Assembly (NCBI RefSeq): GCF_000485595.1
Contig: NW_014577074.1
Location: forward strand, 1,500,467 to 1,545,185
From: Priapulus caudatus
Lineage: Eukaryota
DNA: 44,719 nt
Direction of reading: 5' to 3'
The first letter of the stretch is position 1. Each line of letters starts with the position of its first letter. The notes beneath the pieces are model-generated. The model was not told the DNA's origin. It was given only the letters and a program-made list of their open reading frames with translations, and did not search any database. Below, one piece after another: positions 24,760-39,147 of the stretch. The translations under genes and the position numbers were made by a program.

Positions 24760-27700
24760 GTGCGTGCGTGCGTGCGCGCGCGCGCCTGTGTGTGCGTCTG
24801 TGTGCGTCTGTTTGTCTGTATATCTGTCTGTGTGCGTGTGTGCGCGCATTCGTGCGTACGTGTGACTGTGCGTGCGTGTGTCGTACACCGTGCGTGTCTG
24901 TTACATGTGGGAACTCGATATCCAATCTTGTTAATCTGTGTCATGTCCCATTATTCACGGTGCAGTTATTTCGTTATTCTATTAAATATGTAGGTATATA
25001 ATGTATTAAATATATAAATATCTATCTAGTTTGAGATAAGATCAATTCTATTCAGAAGATGTGCAACATTTTATCTAGAAATCTTTAGAAAGTAATCGTA
25101 AAATAACCATAATTAATAACCTTAAAGTAAATGTAATAATTATTAAGACAATATTATCCCTTCAGGATAGTTCTATCCTTCACTGTGTTTATCATTTTGT
25201 TTATCAGCTTATTCCCTGAAACCTGTCTTCTCCGTATTTCACAGAAAGTTAGTTAAAGAAGAGTTAAAGAAAGTGCAGTTATATAATTTGGCATCCTTCA
25301 GGAATTCCTTCAGGTTATGGTTCTGTTCTTTAGAAAATATAATATGTTTTTAGTTATTTTGTAGCGCTCGGCTATTGAAAATAATGTTAATCTGTTGAAA
25401 TAATTAATTTAGGCAAAATCCAAGTGAAATGCTTCAGTTTTGAATTCGTAGAGTATATAAATAGACACTAAATATTTAGTATAAAACAATTAAATGTAAC
25501 TATTATTTAAACATTTTTACAGACAGGTTGTATGTGTTTTTCTTGTTTGATTTTTTACGTGCCTTGTAAGTAATTGTTAGTGTCTCTACTCTCTAGGTAA
25601 AAGCTATTCAGCTGATAAAAGATTCGGTGTGTTAATTGACATCAGCATTATGCCATGACATTAGTAATATTATTAATAAGTGCTCATCAGTAATTACGCT
25701 TAAAAGTCATGTGTATGCATGTATGCTATTTCAGTTTGTTTAAAAAACGTCCTTACAGCTAATGCAAAAAACACCACTTTACACCATTTGCGCTGAGTAG
25801 CGACTTACAAGTACTAGCAGGAGCGTATAATGACAAATATTTGTCATTATATACGCTCCTGGTACTAGTAGTACTAGTACTGAGTAGCTGAGCGCCGCCT
25901 ACAAGCTATTACAATAACTTTCAGTCTTTCAAAACCCTAAAAATGAATTGTAAACCGATTCTTATAAATAAACGACCAACCACTAAATCACGTAATCCCC
26001 AACTCCCAGTCCCACAGCACCTACTACCCGATGTAAGAACGTTAACCTAATCTATTACATCTATGAGTGGCAGCCTACACTTTACGTGCGATCTCGTTCG
26101 CTCTCCCACCCCGTCATTATACGTTTCATATGAAGTGTACGTGCGCGCATTGATTGCACCCTCATCGGAGGCGTACCCTCAACAGTCATCAGTGTGCACT
26201 GCGGTGCCCCGGTGCGGGTCGTTGCTGTCCACCCAGCCAGCTGTCTCTCGTTCATCATGTAAAGCCGTGAGCTACTTTACACCGGCCGCAGCAGACAGCA
26301 CGAAGCCATAATATTGGATTTTTTTACCCCGAGATTAAATGCAGCCACTATCTTCAGTGGGTGTGTCGCTAATCTTTGTGCTGAAAGAAGGGTCTATGGT
26401 ATTGTATATAGTGGCTCCTTGTACTCAACGTTGCCGGTTGCAGGTCTTTTCGTTAAATCCCACATTTACTATACAGGGATATATGTATGTATATTTATTT
26501 ACATACGCGCACGCACGCACGCGCACGCACGCATGCATGCACGCACGCACGCACGCACACATGCACACACGCACACACATATACACATATATACATATAC
26601 ACATATACACATATACACATATATAGACAATAGGTAGTAAGTAGAATAAAGGGGATGTTGATTTATCTGTCATCAATAAAAATATTTTAAATATAAAGCA
26701 AGATTAAATGAAATTATGTATATTTATTTCAAAAAACGTTTTGAAATAAATATACATCAGTTAAAGGGACCGAGTCTTACTATTAGCGTGTTAGGAGGAT
26801 GAGGGTCAATTTAACTATTCAAACTAGTTGTACAGTGAGATTGTATTACACGTGGCACCATCGTTTCACAACCTGCGAAGCTCTAACGCTAAACTATCTC
26901 CTAAACCTACTCTCGTGTCTTCGACAGAAATGGCCATCGACTGGTCCGACCACGCGCTCTGGTGGCCGTCGCGGAACATGTGGCTGTCTCGGACGCGCAC
27001 GACGCTCGACCAGTACGGCGTGCAGGCGGACACGCACCTCGAGTTCACGCCAATGCACAAGCTCCTCCGCGTGCAGCTGCCCGACCTGCAGTACCTCGAG
27101 ATGCGCGTCGACTTCTCCGTGCGAGTCTTCACGACCGTCGTGCAGATCTGCAAGCAGTACGGTGCGTACTAGCGCGACGCTGACGCAGCAGCTAGGTGCG
27201 TACTAGCGCGACGCTGACGCAGCAGCTAGGTGCTTACTAGGCGACGCTGACGCAAGCAGCTAGGTTGGCGTACCTGGCGGAACGCTAGACGCAGCAGCTA
27301 GGTCGCGTACTAAGGCCGACGCTGACGCAGCGGCAGCAGGTTGCTACTAAGCACGACACTGAGCGGCAGCAGGCTAGGTGCGTACTAGCGCGCGACGCGA
27401 GAGCAGCAGCTAAGTGCTAACTTAGCGCGACGCTGACGGCAGCGAGCTAGGTCATACTCAGCGCGACGCTGACGCAGCAGGCAGCTACGTGCGTACCTAG
27501 CACGACACTGCCAGCATGCTAGGTGCGTACTAAGTCGCGACAGCTGACGCAGCAGCGGTAGGTGCCGTTACTAGGTGACGCTGACGCACAGCTGGCGTGC
27601 GTACTAGCGGGACCGCTGACCGCAGAGCAAGCAGCAGCTAGTGGTACTAAGCGCGACGCCGAGGCAGGCGCAAGGCTCGGTGCGTACTAGCGCGACGCTG

Positions 27701-30700
27701 ACCGCAGCAGCTGGTGTGCGTACTAGCGCGCGACGCTGACGCAGGCGAGCCGGCGACGGCCGTAGCGCCGTGCGTCCGCGGCGCGGCCTAGTGTGGCTGC
27801 ACAGGGTTGGCTGCGGACGGCCGTAGAGCCGTGCGTCCGCGGCGCGGGTCAGTGGTGGTCTGCGACGCCGTAGCGTGCGTCCGCGGCGCGGAGCAGTGCG
27901 TGGCTGCGCCGCCGTAGCCGTGCGTCCGCGGCGGCGGTGTCAGTGGTGGCTGCGACGCCGTAGCCGCCTGCGTCCGCGCGCTGGCGGTCAGTAGTGCCTG
28001 CGACGCCGTAGCGTGCGTGCCGCGCGGCGTCGTGTGGCTGCGACTCCGCCGCTTACAGCCAACCCTGTATGTGAGGTCGCCGCACGGTCAGTGGTGGTGC
28101 TGCTGCGACTACCCGCTAAGCCAACCCTGTATGTGAGAGGTCGCCCAGGGTCAGTGGTGCTGCGACTCCGCGTAAGCCGAACCCTGTATGTGAGGTCGCC
28201 AGGGAGTCATGTGGGTGCTGCGACTACCCGCTTACAGCCAAACGCTGTATGTGAGGGTTCGCCGGCGGGTCAGTGGTGGCTGCGACTACCCGCGTTACAG
28301 CCAACCTGTATGTGCGGTCGCCAGCGGGTCAAGTGGTGGCTGGCGACTACCCGCTTTACAGCCAACCCTGTATGTAGGGTCGCCCAGGGGTCAGTGGTGC
28401 TGCGACTACCGCGTTCAAGCCAAACCTGTATGTGGTCGCCCAGGGGTCAAGTGGTGGCTGCGACTACCCGCTTACAGCCAAACCTGTATGTGAGGGTCGC
28501 CCAGGGGAGACACAAATTCTTTTTATCAACATGCGTCAATTCTATAGCGGTGTTTTCACTGTGTGACTGTCACTCAGGGTAAATGCTGCAAGTGTTGATA
28601 TGATTGGACAGGTATCTGTTTTATAGAGGTGTCCATTAACACAGGGTGGACTGAATATGCTTGAATTCATTTTGGCATATCTGGTCTGGCACTTAAAACT
28701 GGAAGATGTCAAATTCGTAAAATCGTCCATACAAGTACTTGCACCTAGTTTAGCACATGGTAGAATGGGCTCATGCGTGTATGTGCGGCATAATTCAGCA
28801 GGTGCCATGAGCGACAATTCTATACAGGTTATACCCTATTATGTATGGCAAGTTGTTTGTGTCATAATTCGATTTTTGTTTTATGGTTGATTTTATAACA
28901 TATAACATTCGATTATCACCATTACATTGATTTATCACATTACGATTTCGCCTTATGTCATTGATACAATTTGATTTATCGCATATTATTTGATTTATAT
29001 CAGAAAAGAGAATCTGAATGATTCGATGCGTGAATCGAATGATTCGATTGGCGTGAATCGAGATGATTCGAGTGCGTGAATCGAATTGCATTTGCGATTG
29101 CGTGATCGAAGTGATTCGAGCGTGGAATGCGATGATGCTCGAATCATTCGATTCTGCGCGCATCGACATCATTCGATTCACGCAGTCGACATGATGCATC
29201 GAATCNNNNNNNNNNNNNNNNNNNNNNNNNCAGTAGCCTCTTAGGATGTTACTGCATACAACTTTACATTACTGGTGGGGCGTATAGATGGAGTGTGGCG
29301 TAGGCAGCGAGGTTGAGCCTAGAGGCTTAGATGTGTGAGTTGTAGTAGAGTTAATTACACATTCAACCTCTACCGAAATTTGAACGTCGCATGACAACCC
29401 GGCGACCTGCTGCCAGCCCCGAAAGAAGTGTGGCTTCATTTGACAATTGTGATTTTGTCATCGTTACAGACGAGGGGTCTATATCACAAAAGTGCTAATA
29501 TATTATACCTAAATGCTATTTAACCGAACTATTATTTAGAGCAAATTATCAATCATTATAACTGAAAATATATGCCTCGTTTATAAGATATTACAATCCT
29601 TATTTGCTTCTTTAATGGAATAAAATAAGAAACGACCTCGGCTGTAGCCTTGGCTGAAAAGTGGTTGGTTGCCGCAACTCTATCAGATCGTATGCGCTTT
29701 GAGTTGGCGCACGTCGTTGTAATCAAACTTAGTCTAGTTTTAAAACAGTAATAATTTTTTTTTCTAATGGTGATTGAACTATGAAACTTTTTAGGGGGGG
29801 TGTAGGCGTAATTATAACCTAATGTAGCTGAAAGAATAAGAACCCGTGAGATACTAGAGCTAAACTCTCCTCATTAATCTTTTCCGTAATATATTCCATA
29901 GCAGGTTGGTACTACATATGTATGCATCAACCTGTCCGAGTCTTACTATTAGGCGGTGTTAGGAGGGGGGATTGGAGGGTCAATTATACTAAATCAAGAA
30001 CTATTGTTACAGTGAGATTGTTTACACGTCGCCCATCGTTTACACAAACCTGACGAAGCTCTCGTACCGCTCATGAAAGACTTATCTCGTTAAAACTATC
30101 TCTGTCTTCCGACATGAAGAGGCCCATCGACTGGGTCCCGACACGCCTCTTAGGCCTTCGGAACATTTGGCTGTGCCTCGGGGGACTGGTAGCGCCGCAC
30201 GACGCGGTCTACCAGAGTACGGCGGAGTCGTGCAGGGCGAACACGACCTCGCAGTTCATCGCCGATGCACAAGCTCTCTCGCGTGCATGCTGCGGCGACT
30301 CTGCAGGTACCTCGAGCATGCGCTGTCACTTCTCCGTTGCGAGTCTCGACGACTCGAGTCGTGCAATCTGCAAAGCAGTACGGGCGTACGTAGCGCGACT
30401 GTGCTGACGCAGCAATCCTAGGTGGCGTACTAGCGCTGACGCTGACGCAGCACGCTAGGTGCGTCCATAGCCAGACGCTGACGCAGCAGCTAGTGCCGCC
30501 ACTGCACGACACTGACGCAGTCGCTAGGGTGGCGTTACTAGCGCGACGCTGCACGCAGCAAGCTAAGTGCGTACTAGTGCGACGCGTGACGCAGCAGCTA
30601 GGTGCGTACTAGCCGACGCTGCACGCAGCACTAGGTGCTACTAGCCCGACGCGACGCAGCAGCAGCTAGGTGCTACAGCGTACGCATCGACGCAGCAGCT

Positions 30701-33700
30701 AGCGTGCTACTACGCACGCTGACGCAGCAGCTAGGTGCGTACTAGTCACGACACTGAGCCAGCATGCTAGGGCGTACTAGCGCGACGCTGACGCAGCAGC
30801 TAGTGTCGTACTAGCGCGCGCTAGCGCAGCAGCTAGGTGGCGTACTAGGCGCGCGCAGACGCAGCCAGTCTAGGTCTACTAGCGCTGACTGCTGATTGCA
30901 GCAGCTAGTGCTCACTAGCCTGACGCTGAAAGCAGCAGTAGGTGTCGTGCTAAGCGCGCGACGCTGAGCCAGGCAGCAGCTAGCGTGCGTACTATGCGTG
31001 ACGCTTGATACGCTAGCAGCTAGTGCGTACTTAGCCGGACGCTGACGCAGCACTAGGGTTCGTTGATTCGATGCGTGAATCGAATGATTTGATGCGTGAA
31101 TCGAATGATGCATCGAATCATTCGATTCACGCATCGAATGATGCATCGAATCATTCGATTCACGCATCGAATGAATTTGAATCGAATTATGAAACAGAAT
31201 ACACACCATAATTATGTGGGAAACCATATGCCTGTGTGTACATCTCATTATAGTGTGATTAAAGAAATGTGGATTCTTCTTTATTCGTTTATACGAGGTC
31301 CATGATAAAGTTACATCGCTATACGAGTTTAAGTTAAGACATTAAAAGTTAAAGAGGTGTTAGTATTTTATACATATTTAAACATTTTTTAAATTAAATT
31401 ACATATTTTCAAATTCTCATTGGAAATATCAATAATAGTTAAAAATGAAAAACTCTTATACGTAATACTTTGTGTATAAAGTGATTATTTTAATAATCTA
31501 CTCATAAGTAATATCTCAGCGTTCCTTTCCCTCGAGCACATTCCATCTCCTCGCCTTACAAAATTACTATGATTAAGAAAATAATTTCACTTGAACAACC
31601 CTCTCTCTTGCTCACCCTACTTAAAAAGTTTCTTGTTAAAATACCATTTCTTATCAATATTTTATTATTACTCATATGTGCCAGGTGCAATACAAAGATT
31701 ATCTTGATCAGGAACTTGTGGGATAAGTTTGTGTAAATATTACCTACCAAACATAGTACAAATTAGGCTTACAACATTCAAGCATATGGTAATGTAAATG
31801 TGGTATATGTTAATTTAACAGCATAATTTTTCCACAGCCACATAGTTGCAAATGTATTTAAAATAATGTACATATTAAAATTGCCAGTGTTGTTATATGT
31901 GACCCGCTGTTGGTAATTCTGGTGATGACAAATGTTGAACCTTCTGAACTTTATTTTCGCCAGTTTTTTGTATTAGACCACGAGCTTGTTACAAAAGTGA
32001 TAGACCACTATCCGTGTTATTATTTAACTTCATAATGTACGTTCAACTTCAATATATGTATAACTTCACTAAACATTATAGTGAATGGTGAAATATAACG
32101 ATCTTTATAGAAACCTAAACGAACGTGAAGTAGAATGTGGGCAAATGAACATCAAAAGAGTATCTTGCTTGAACCCCACAAGACATAAGAGACAACACAA
32201 GCAATAGCACCACCTTTTCATTATATCAAACACCAACGACCTTGTTTTGAAATAAATTATCTATTAACATTTTACTGTTATTCACCAAGACAAATTTGTA
32301 TGTAAGATACTCCCCGTTTTAACTGAAGACAATGTTGTACGCTACTATTCTCCTTTAATCGTCCGCGTGTAATCGTGAGACATGGATTCCTTGTCAGCTC
32401 CATCAATAGTCTGCTCGCTATGTACAGGCATTCGTCATCCAGAGGAGCTGTCATTGCTCGTGCCGTTCGATGAGAAGACCATCAGGAAGGGAGGAAAGAA
32501 GCCCGAGAATAGGCAGTACACGAGGCAGCAGTCGCGGGCTAGTAGCACTTACACGCCCGGCAAATCCCCCGGATCGGCGAGCGTCGGTACACCGCAGGTG
32601 TGTATTGCGAGTTAAGTCGGTCTGTTATTGCAGAGTCAGTAGGAGAAATTATCTAATGAGTAGTGATTGATAAATCATCGTATTTTTTTCTTTTGCAGCA
32701 TTGGCGTAAAAACGCTGATTGTTTCGAAAGAGCTGCTAAATTGTTAACAGCCCCGTTAATTGATTGCGCGCGAAGCCATGTTTCTTAACCGTTTCGTGTC
32801 TGTATCGATTTTACAGTACAGTGTTGAGCGTTAATATGTTTGCCATCAAGGTTTATTTCATTGGAAAAAGGTATAATAAATCAAGAAACGGTTGAGCTAT
32901 CGCAGCACCTAAGAATCAACAGGACCTCGGATCGCGTGTCACACGAGAGTGCGTGTGATGTTTGTCGGCAGCGATGTGGCGGCTCTCGGAGACGCTGCCA
33001 TTTTGAGTCGGGGTTTTGAGTTTTTGTTTCTAAAACGCACCACTAGGTGGACGGCACAGGAACGATATCTCGCTACGGAACAATGAGTAAGAGTACAGAA
33101 CATCTGCAATATCCCACCATCGACCCGCTGTCCTATTGGAACTACAGATATCCAGGCGTTCCGTACACCGTAATGGGAAAATACCGCTCTACGCATGCGC
33201 GTGCAAACAGCGCATGAAGAAAATTCTAACCGCATGACACAATGTGCATCTGTATCTCGTTTCTGCATTCTCACTATGGATGGAGAACCTAACTAATGTG
33301 GGCAATACTGAATAGTGGGCGCTAGTAAGGGTAGAGCGTCGCAGCCTTGAGCGCCTGGAAAGCTCTCTATAACAGCATGGTGGATGTGCAAAGCCACGTG
33401 TATACATACACTCACCCAGCGTCCGCGTGACACCGCTGTGGCTAACTCAGATGCGAGGAGTGCGACAACATGCAACTATAGCAGATAAGGTCCCCCTGAN
33501 NNNNNNNNNNNNNNNNNNNNNNNNGTACAACGTTGATAGCAAAGGGAAATTTCAGCCCGAGTGAACCGTAGTGTGGCTACACTCTGCTGGCATACATCAC
33601 TTATTAACTCTCCTCTCAGTATCGGTGGCTGCACTATTACGCATTAAATCCTAACGCACGCCAATAAAAAGGTTAAATGAAAGTGCTACTCCTTGGCTGG

Positions 33701-36700
33701 TTTATATGCGTATTGTTGCATTTATAATGGCAGCAAAGTTATCAAATTTAATATTTCTGATTCTATCCGCCTTCAATACTGCCAGATAATAGCTAACCGG
33801 CTAATATGATGACACTGACACTGATGATTGATGTATAATGATGATAATGATGATGATGATGATGATGATGACGATGTGATGATGAGTGACGAACTTGTCT
33901 TATATTCATTAGCTCATCCATATGGGCTAGTGTGGCTTGTGTAGCATTCTACATTGAAACGCGTATCATGACACCTACCTGAACAATCTAGTTGTATCGT
34001 TCCATTCTTCATAGCTTTCACAAGCCTAAGCAGATTTACTTTCTGCTTTTAAGAGCCGCTGCCATTCAATGGCATTTCGTTTACTGAGTAGCGTGTAACG
34101 TTCCAGACCTATCAATTCTGCATGAACAGTTCCACGAATAAAACTATATACCCCTTCCACTCTCGTCTTCCGCCTATTCGCAACGCACCTTATCTCACCC
34201 GGTGTTTGGTCGTTCTCCTAGCAGCATGGGAAATTTTTATCTGTATTTTTATTGCCATTTATGGCAGTTCATCGTTCACGTCAAAGTGACAACTTTCTTC
34301 CTCACTTATAGGAATGTGTTTTCATGGGTGGTAAAGGCGGGTGTTAGTTAGAATGCGTTCTAAACATGTCTATTATGATGCTGTGGTGGTAGGATAACCA
34401 GAAGTACTTTCCGCAAAATTTAACGACGAGTAATCAAACGAGCTTCTCATACCCAAACGTATGCTATTACTTACACCGCCATGCTTGTTTTATAGCGACT
34501 TGAAAAATCATTATTTTGATTCAAACATGGTCGCACATGTCAACATCCATGGCTTCCAAACAGCGTATTACTTTTTTATGCATTTTTTTTTTGCACACCT
34601 TTTTTTTTTTTACTTTACAGATACATGGCCGCAGCAATAGGATGTAGCCTATCCACAGCAACAGTTCAACCTAACTTATACATTTTTATACCTAAAATCA
34701 ATCGGTACAAGAAAAGTAGGAGGGGGGGGGGGGGGGGGGGGGCGACTATGGCAAAACGATTCGTAGGCAACTTCTTTAGCACGGTAATTAAGGTGCCCTA
34801 CTGAAGAACCTGCTCGTTATAATACTCATAAATTCGTATACGTTATAAATTCACTTAATCATTCTAAAGTCAGTGTTGCCAATAACCAACATCACGCAAG
34901 TCGTGAGTACCCCTTAATACACCGAAGGTATTTACCCTAACCCAGCACATATTTATTAAATAATATATCAAGGTAAGTTAAACCTAACCGCCTGCTGAAT
35001 TTACTGAAGGCGGCAGCTCACTATAACAGGTGGTAATTACACGTGCTAATTTCAATGCCGAAGAAGGTTTTTCAGGTCTAAACATGCTTCTGGAAATTAA
35101 AAACGCTGGCTTTATTCTGCATGCAAGCAGGCTCCAATAAAAGTTAAAGAAGGGTAATAATAATAGACTCGTTTCGCAATATTTTTTATCAAGGATGTTA
35201 AAATCACTGGTAATCTATTTTCAGTTACAGGTATACATTTATAAATCAGCTTTATATGCTTCCATGTGTCATGCCAAAGATGCGAAATTTTAGCTAGCAT
35301 TTTCTTCATAATACATTAGAAATCAGGCATTTATTAGGGAATCTACAAGGACAAAGTACATTTTGAAAGCGTTAACAACATGCAAAAATAGCCGTGGCTT
35401 ATACAAGAATGTACCACTCGACTTGCATTTACTCTATTATAGCACCCAACGTATTTATGTCACCCCTCACTAACCGTATTCAATACTAGCATAATACCCA
35501 TGTATTACCTCCATTGTTGTCTGAGCTTTCTCTACGTAGCTTGCGGGGGCAGACGCGCGCATCGACCGGCCTCTGAGTCGTGGAGGCTGATGGCGAGAGA
35601 CACCGTCGATGCGTCCCACCAGGCTCGAAGTCTCCGCTCGTCCCAGAGGTTGGGCTCAAGCGGCATTCGCGTTTGAAGCTGGTGGCGCGTGCCGAGTTTG
35701 GGCGTCTTCCACAGCGTCCGCCTGTTGTGCAGAAAAATCAGAACGCGGTTGGTAAGGAGGCGCAGCTAGTGAGTACGAATACGATAGAGATGCGCAACGC
35801 GTTCAGACCACTGTCATCGTCGTTTCTCTCCATCCCGCTACAGTGACGTGCATTACGCGTAGTAAACGTGGCGGCAGGCAGTTGATGGATTCGAGAAGCA
35901 ATGTCATTTTCATGGGCAGGTGGGAAATGCACACGCCAAAAAGTGTCTCCTTATTCAGTTTCTTCTATTGACCTTCGTGCTAATATACTGATGAAAAAGC
36001 CGACCATGTGCTAACTTACTAGCTACTACTCGCATTCTATTATTGGCACGTTCTATGCCAAATACATCATTTATGCGTGCAACTGCCCCAACGCTGGACC
36101 ATAGCCTCCTATAAACACACGCCAGACTCGACCCAGCTGCCGTTATATGGCCAACTCTCACAGATGGTGATAGAAGCAGGCAATATAATGACAAAGTCAT
36201 ATGCATACAGCTAATTATGAGCAGTACACAAACATGCAATAAGCTATACGCAATCCATAACTGTGGGAAACGACAGACAGTTAAGAACACACATCCCATA
36301 AGTCTCGGAAATGACATGTTAGGTTCAGAGGCTTAAGGCAAAACGAGACTCATAACTAGTATAATTACACGGTCATCAAAGCTACAGCTAATATCACGTA
36401 GAAATTCTCACAAGCCATTATGATGGGCGTGGATGCGTGTGGCAAGCAGTTAGAATATTATGCAGCAATCATGACTACATGTTATTTGTGATGTGCTATG
36501 GGAAAAGATGACTTCTCAGGCGGTCACCTCTGCCGCCGTCTCATCACAGCAACTATAGTTGCGCTCGTAGGATCTATGTCCCCCTGACCTCTGTTTGACC
36601 TGGCTCGTTTAGCTATTTCTGACTAACCCTAACCCAACGCCTATATATATTATATTATATATATATATATATTAGTCAAAAATAGCTAAACGCAGCCAGG

Positions 36701-39112
36701 TCAAACAGAGGTCAGAGGGACATAGACGCCTAACCCTAACCCTAACCCTAACCCTAATTAAATTTAATTAACACTAATACTAACACTAACACTAACGATG
36801 TATGACCATGATGTAACACCATGATGTATTATGTATGTGCCCTATATGCATACATGGATGTGCGTGCGTGATTGGTCTAGCCACTGACGTCACACTGACG
36901 TACACTGACATCACGCGATCAGTCGGTGGCATAGAAACATATATCCACCGTTTATAGGAGGCTATGGTCCAGCGTTGGGGCAGTTGCACGCATAAATGAT
37001 GTATTTGGCATAAGAACGTGCCAATAAATAGAATGCGAGTAGTATGCTAGTAAGTTTAGCACATGTCGGCTTATTTCATCAAGTATATTAGCCGAAGCAG
37101 ATCAATGAAGAACTGAATAGAGAGACACTTTTTGCGTGTGCGTTTCCCACCTGCCATGAATAATGACATGGCTTCTCGAATCCATCAAACTGCCTGCCCG
37201 CCAACGTTTCTAGCGTAATGGCACGTACGTGGTAGCGGGATGGAGAGAACGACGATGACAATGGGCGAATGCGTGCCGCCATCCTCTGATCGTTGTCGTA
37301 CTCACTAGCTGCGCTCCTTAGCAACCGCGTTCTGAATTTTCCGGCACAACAGGCGACGCTGTGGAAGACGCCCAACTCGGCACGCGCCACCAGCTTCAAC
37401 GCGAATGGCACGCTGACGCCAACCTCTGCGACGAGCGGAGACTCGAGCCTGGTGGGAGGCATCGACGTGTCTCTCGCCATCAGCCTTCCACCGACCCAGG
37501 AGGCCCTCGATGCGCGCGTCTGCCCCCGCAACTACGTAGAGAAAGCTCGACAAAATGGAGGGTAAATACCTGGGTATATGCTAGTGTGAATACGGTGTAG
37601 TGAGGGGTGAATAAATACCTTGGTGTATAATAGAGTAAATGCAGTCGAGTGGTAGCACTTGTATAAAGCAGCTATTTCGCATGTTGTAACGTTTCAAAAT
37701 GGTACTTTGTCCGTGAAATTCCCTAATTAAAATGCCCCGATTTCTCATATATCACGAAGAAAATGCTACCAAAAGTTTTCGCATTTTTTGCATGGCACAT
37801 GGAAGCATATAAATGTGATTATAATTATCACCGGTAACGAAAATAGTTACCAGTGATTTTACATCCTTGATAAAATATATCGCGGAACGAGTTATTAATT
37901 ATATATCCCCTTCTTTAACTTTTATGGAGCCTTGATCGAATAAAAGCCAGCGTTTTTAATTTCCAGAAGCATGTTTAGACCTGGAAAACACCTTCTTCGC
38001 ATTGAAATTAGCAACGTATATTTACCACCTGTTATATGGAGCTGCCGCTTCAGTAAATTCAGCAGGGTTAGGTTAACTACCTTGGTATATTATTTAATAA
38101 ATATGGTGTGGTTAGAGTAAATACCTCGGTTTGTAATAGGGGTATACTCACGACTTGGTGATGTGGTTATGCAACACTGACTTTATGAATGATACAGTGA
38201 ATTTATAACGTATACGAATTTATTGAGTCATTATAACGAGCATGGTTCTTCAGTAAGGACACCTTACCTGCTACAGAAGTTGCTTGACGATCGGTTTGCA
38301 TAGTTGCATGCTTTTTTATACCGATTGATTTTAGGTATAAAAAGTATAAAAGTTAAGTTACTGTTGCATGTGGGATAGGTACACCTATTGCTGGGCCATG
38401 TATCTGTAAGTAAAAGGTGGTGGCCAAGTCATGCATGTTAGACACGTTTTGGTGAGGAATTCATGTTTGAATCAAAATAATGATTTTTCGAAGTCGTATA
38501 AAACAACATGGCGTCGTGTAAGTAGATACGTTTGGGTATGAGAAGCTCGTTTATTACTCGTCGTTAAATTTTGCGGAAAGTACTGTCATGGTTATCTACC
38601 ACACAGCATCATAAAGACATGTTTAGAACCCATTCTACTAACACCGCTTTACCACCCATAAAACCAGTTCCTATAAGTGAGGAAGAAATTGTCACTTGAC
38701 CGTGAACGATGAACTGCATAAATGGCAAATTAAAATACAGATAAAAATGTGCATGCTGTGCTAGAGAACACCTACACCGGGTGAGATAGGTGCGTTGCGA
38801 ATAGGGAAGACGAGAGGGGAAGGGGTATATAGTTTTATTGGTGGACTGTTCATGCAGAATTGATAGGCTGGAACGTTACACGCTACATCATACGAAATGC
38901 CATTGAAATGGCAGCGGCTCTTAAAAGCAGAAAGTAAAAATCTGTTAGGCTTTGTGAAACTATGAAGATGAACGATAAACTAGATTGTTCAGGTAGGTGT
39001 CATGATACCGCGTTTCATGTAGAATGCTACACAAGCCACACTAGCCCATATGGATGAGCTAATGAATAATACAGACAGTGTCGTCATCATCATCATCATC
39101 ATCATCATCATT

Positions 39113-39147
<35 letters not shown>

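Noticed and set aside
3505..26676. Many ORF-track entries rich in THAR/VRAC/ERER/YTRV repeats (e.g. 3843-4168, 6900-7337, 12010-12529, 14597-15480, 18117-18516, 24551-25001, 26314-26676)
   Set aside because: They are translations of micro/minisatellites or repeat elements that are open in several frames on both strands.
26716..26757. AT-rich 42-bp hairpin as a third micro-transposon
   Set aside because: No CAGG ends, no shared core and no target-site duplication.
27162..28505. CRISPR-like array (34-bp repeats)
   Set aside because: Units are directly tandem with no unique spacers, there are no cas genes, and the context is a eukaryotic intron.
30114..30390. Mutually exclusive alternative exon 2 of kindlin
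   Set aside because: Dense frameshifting indels, a damaged acceptor and an adjacent 25-N gap fit uncorrected long-read sequence.
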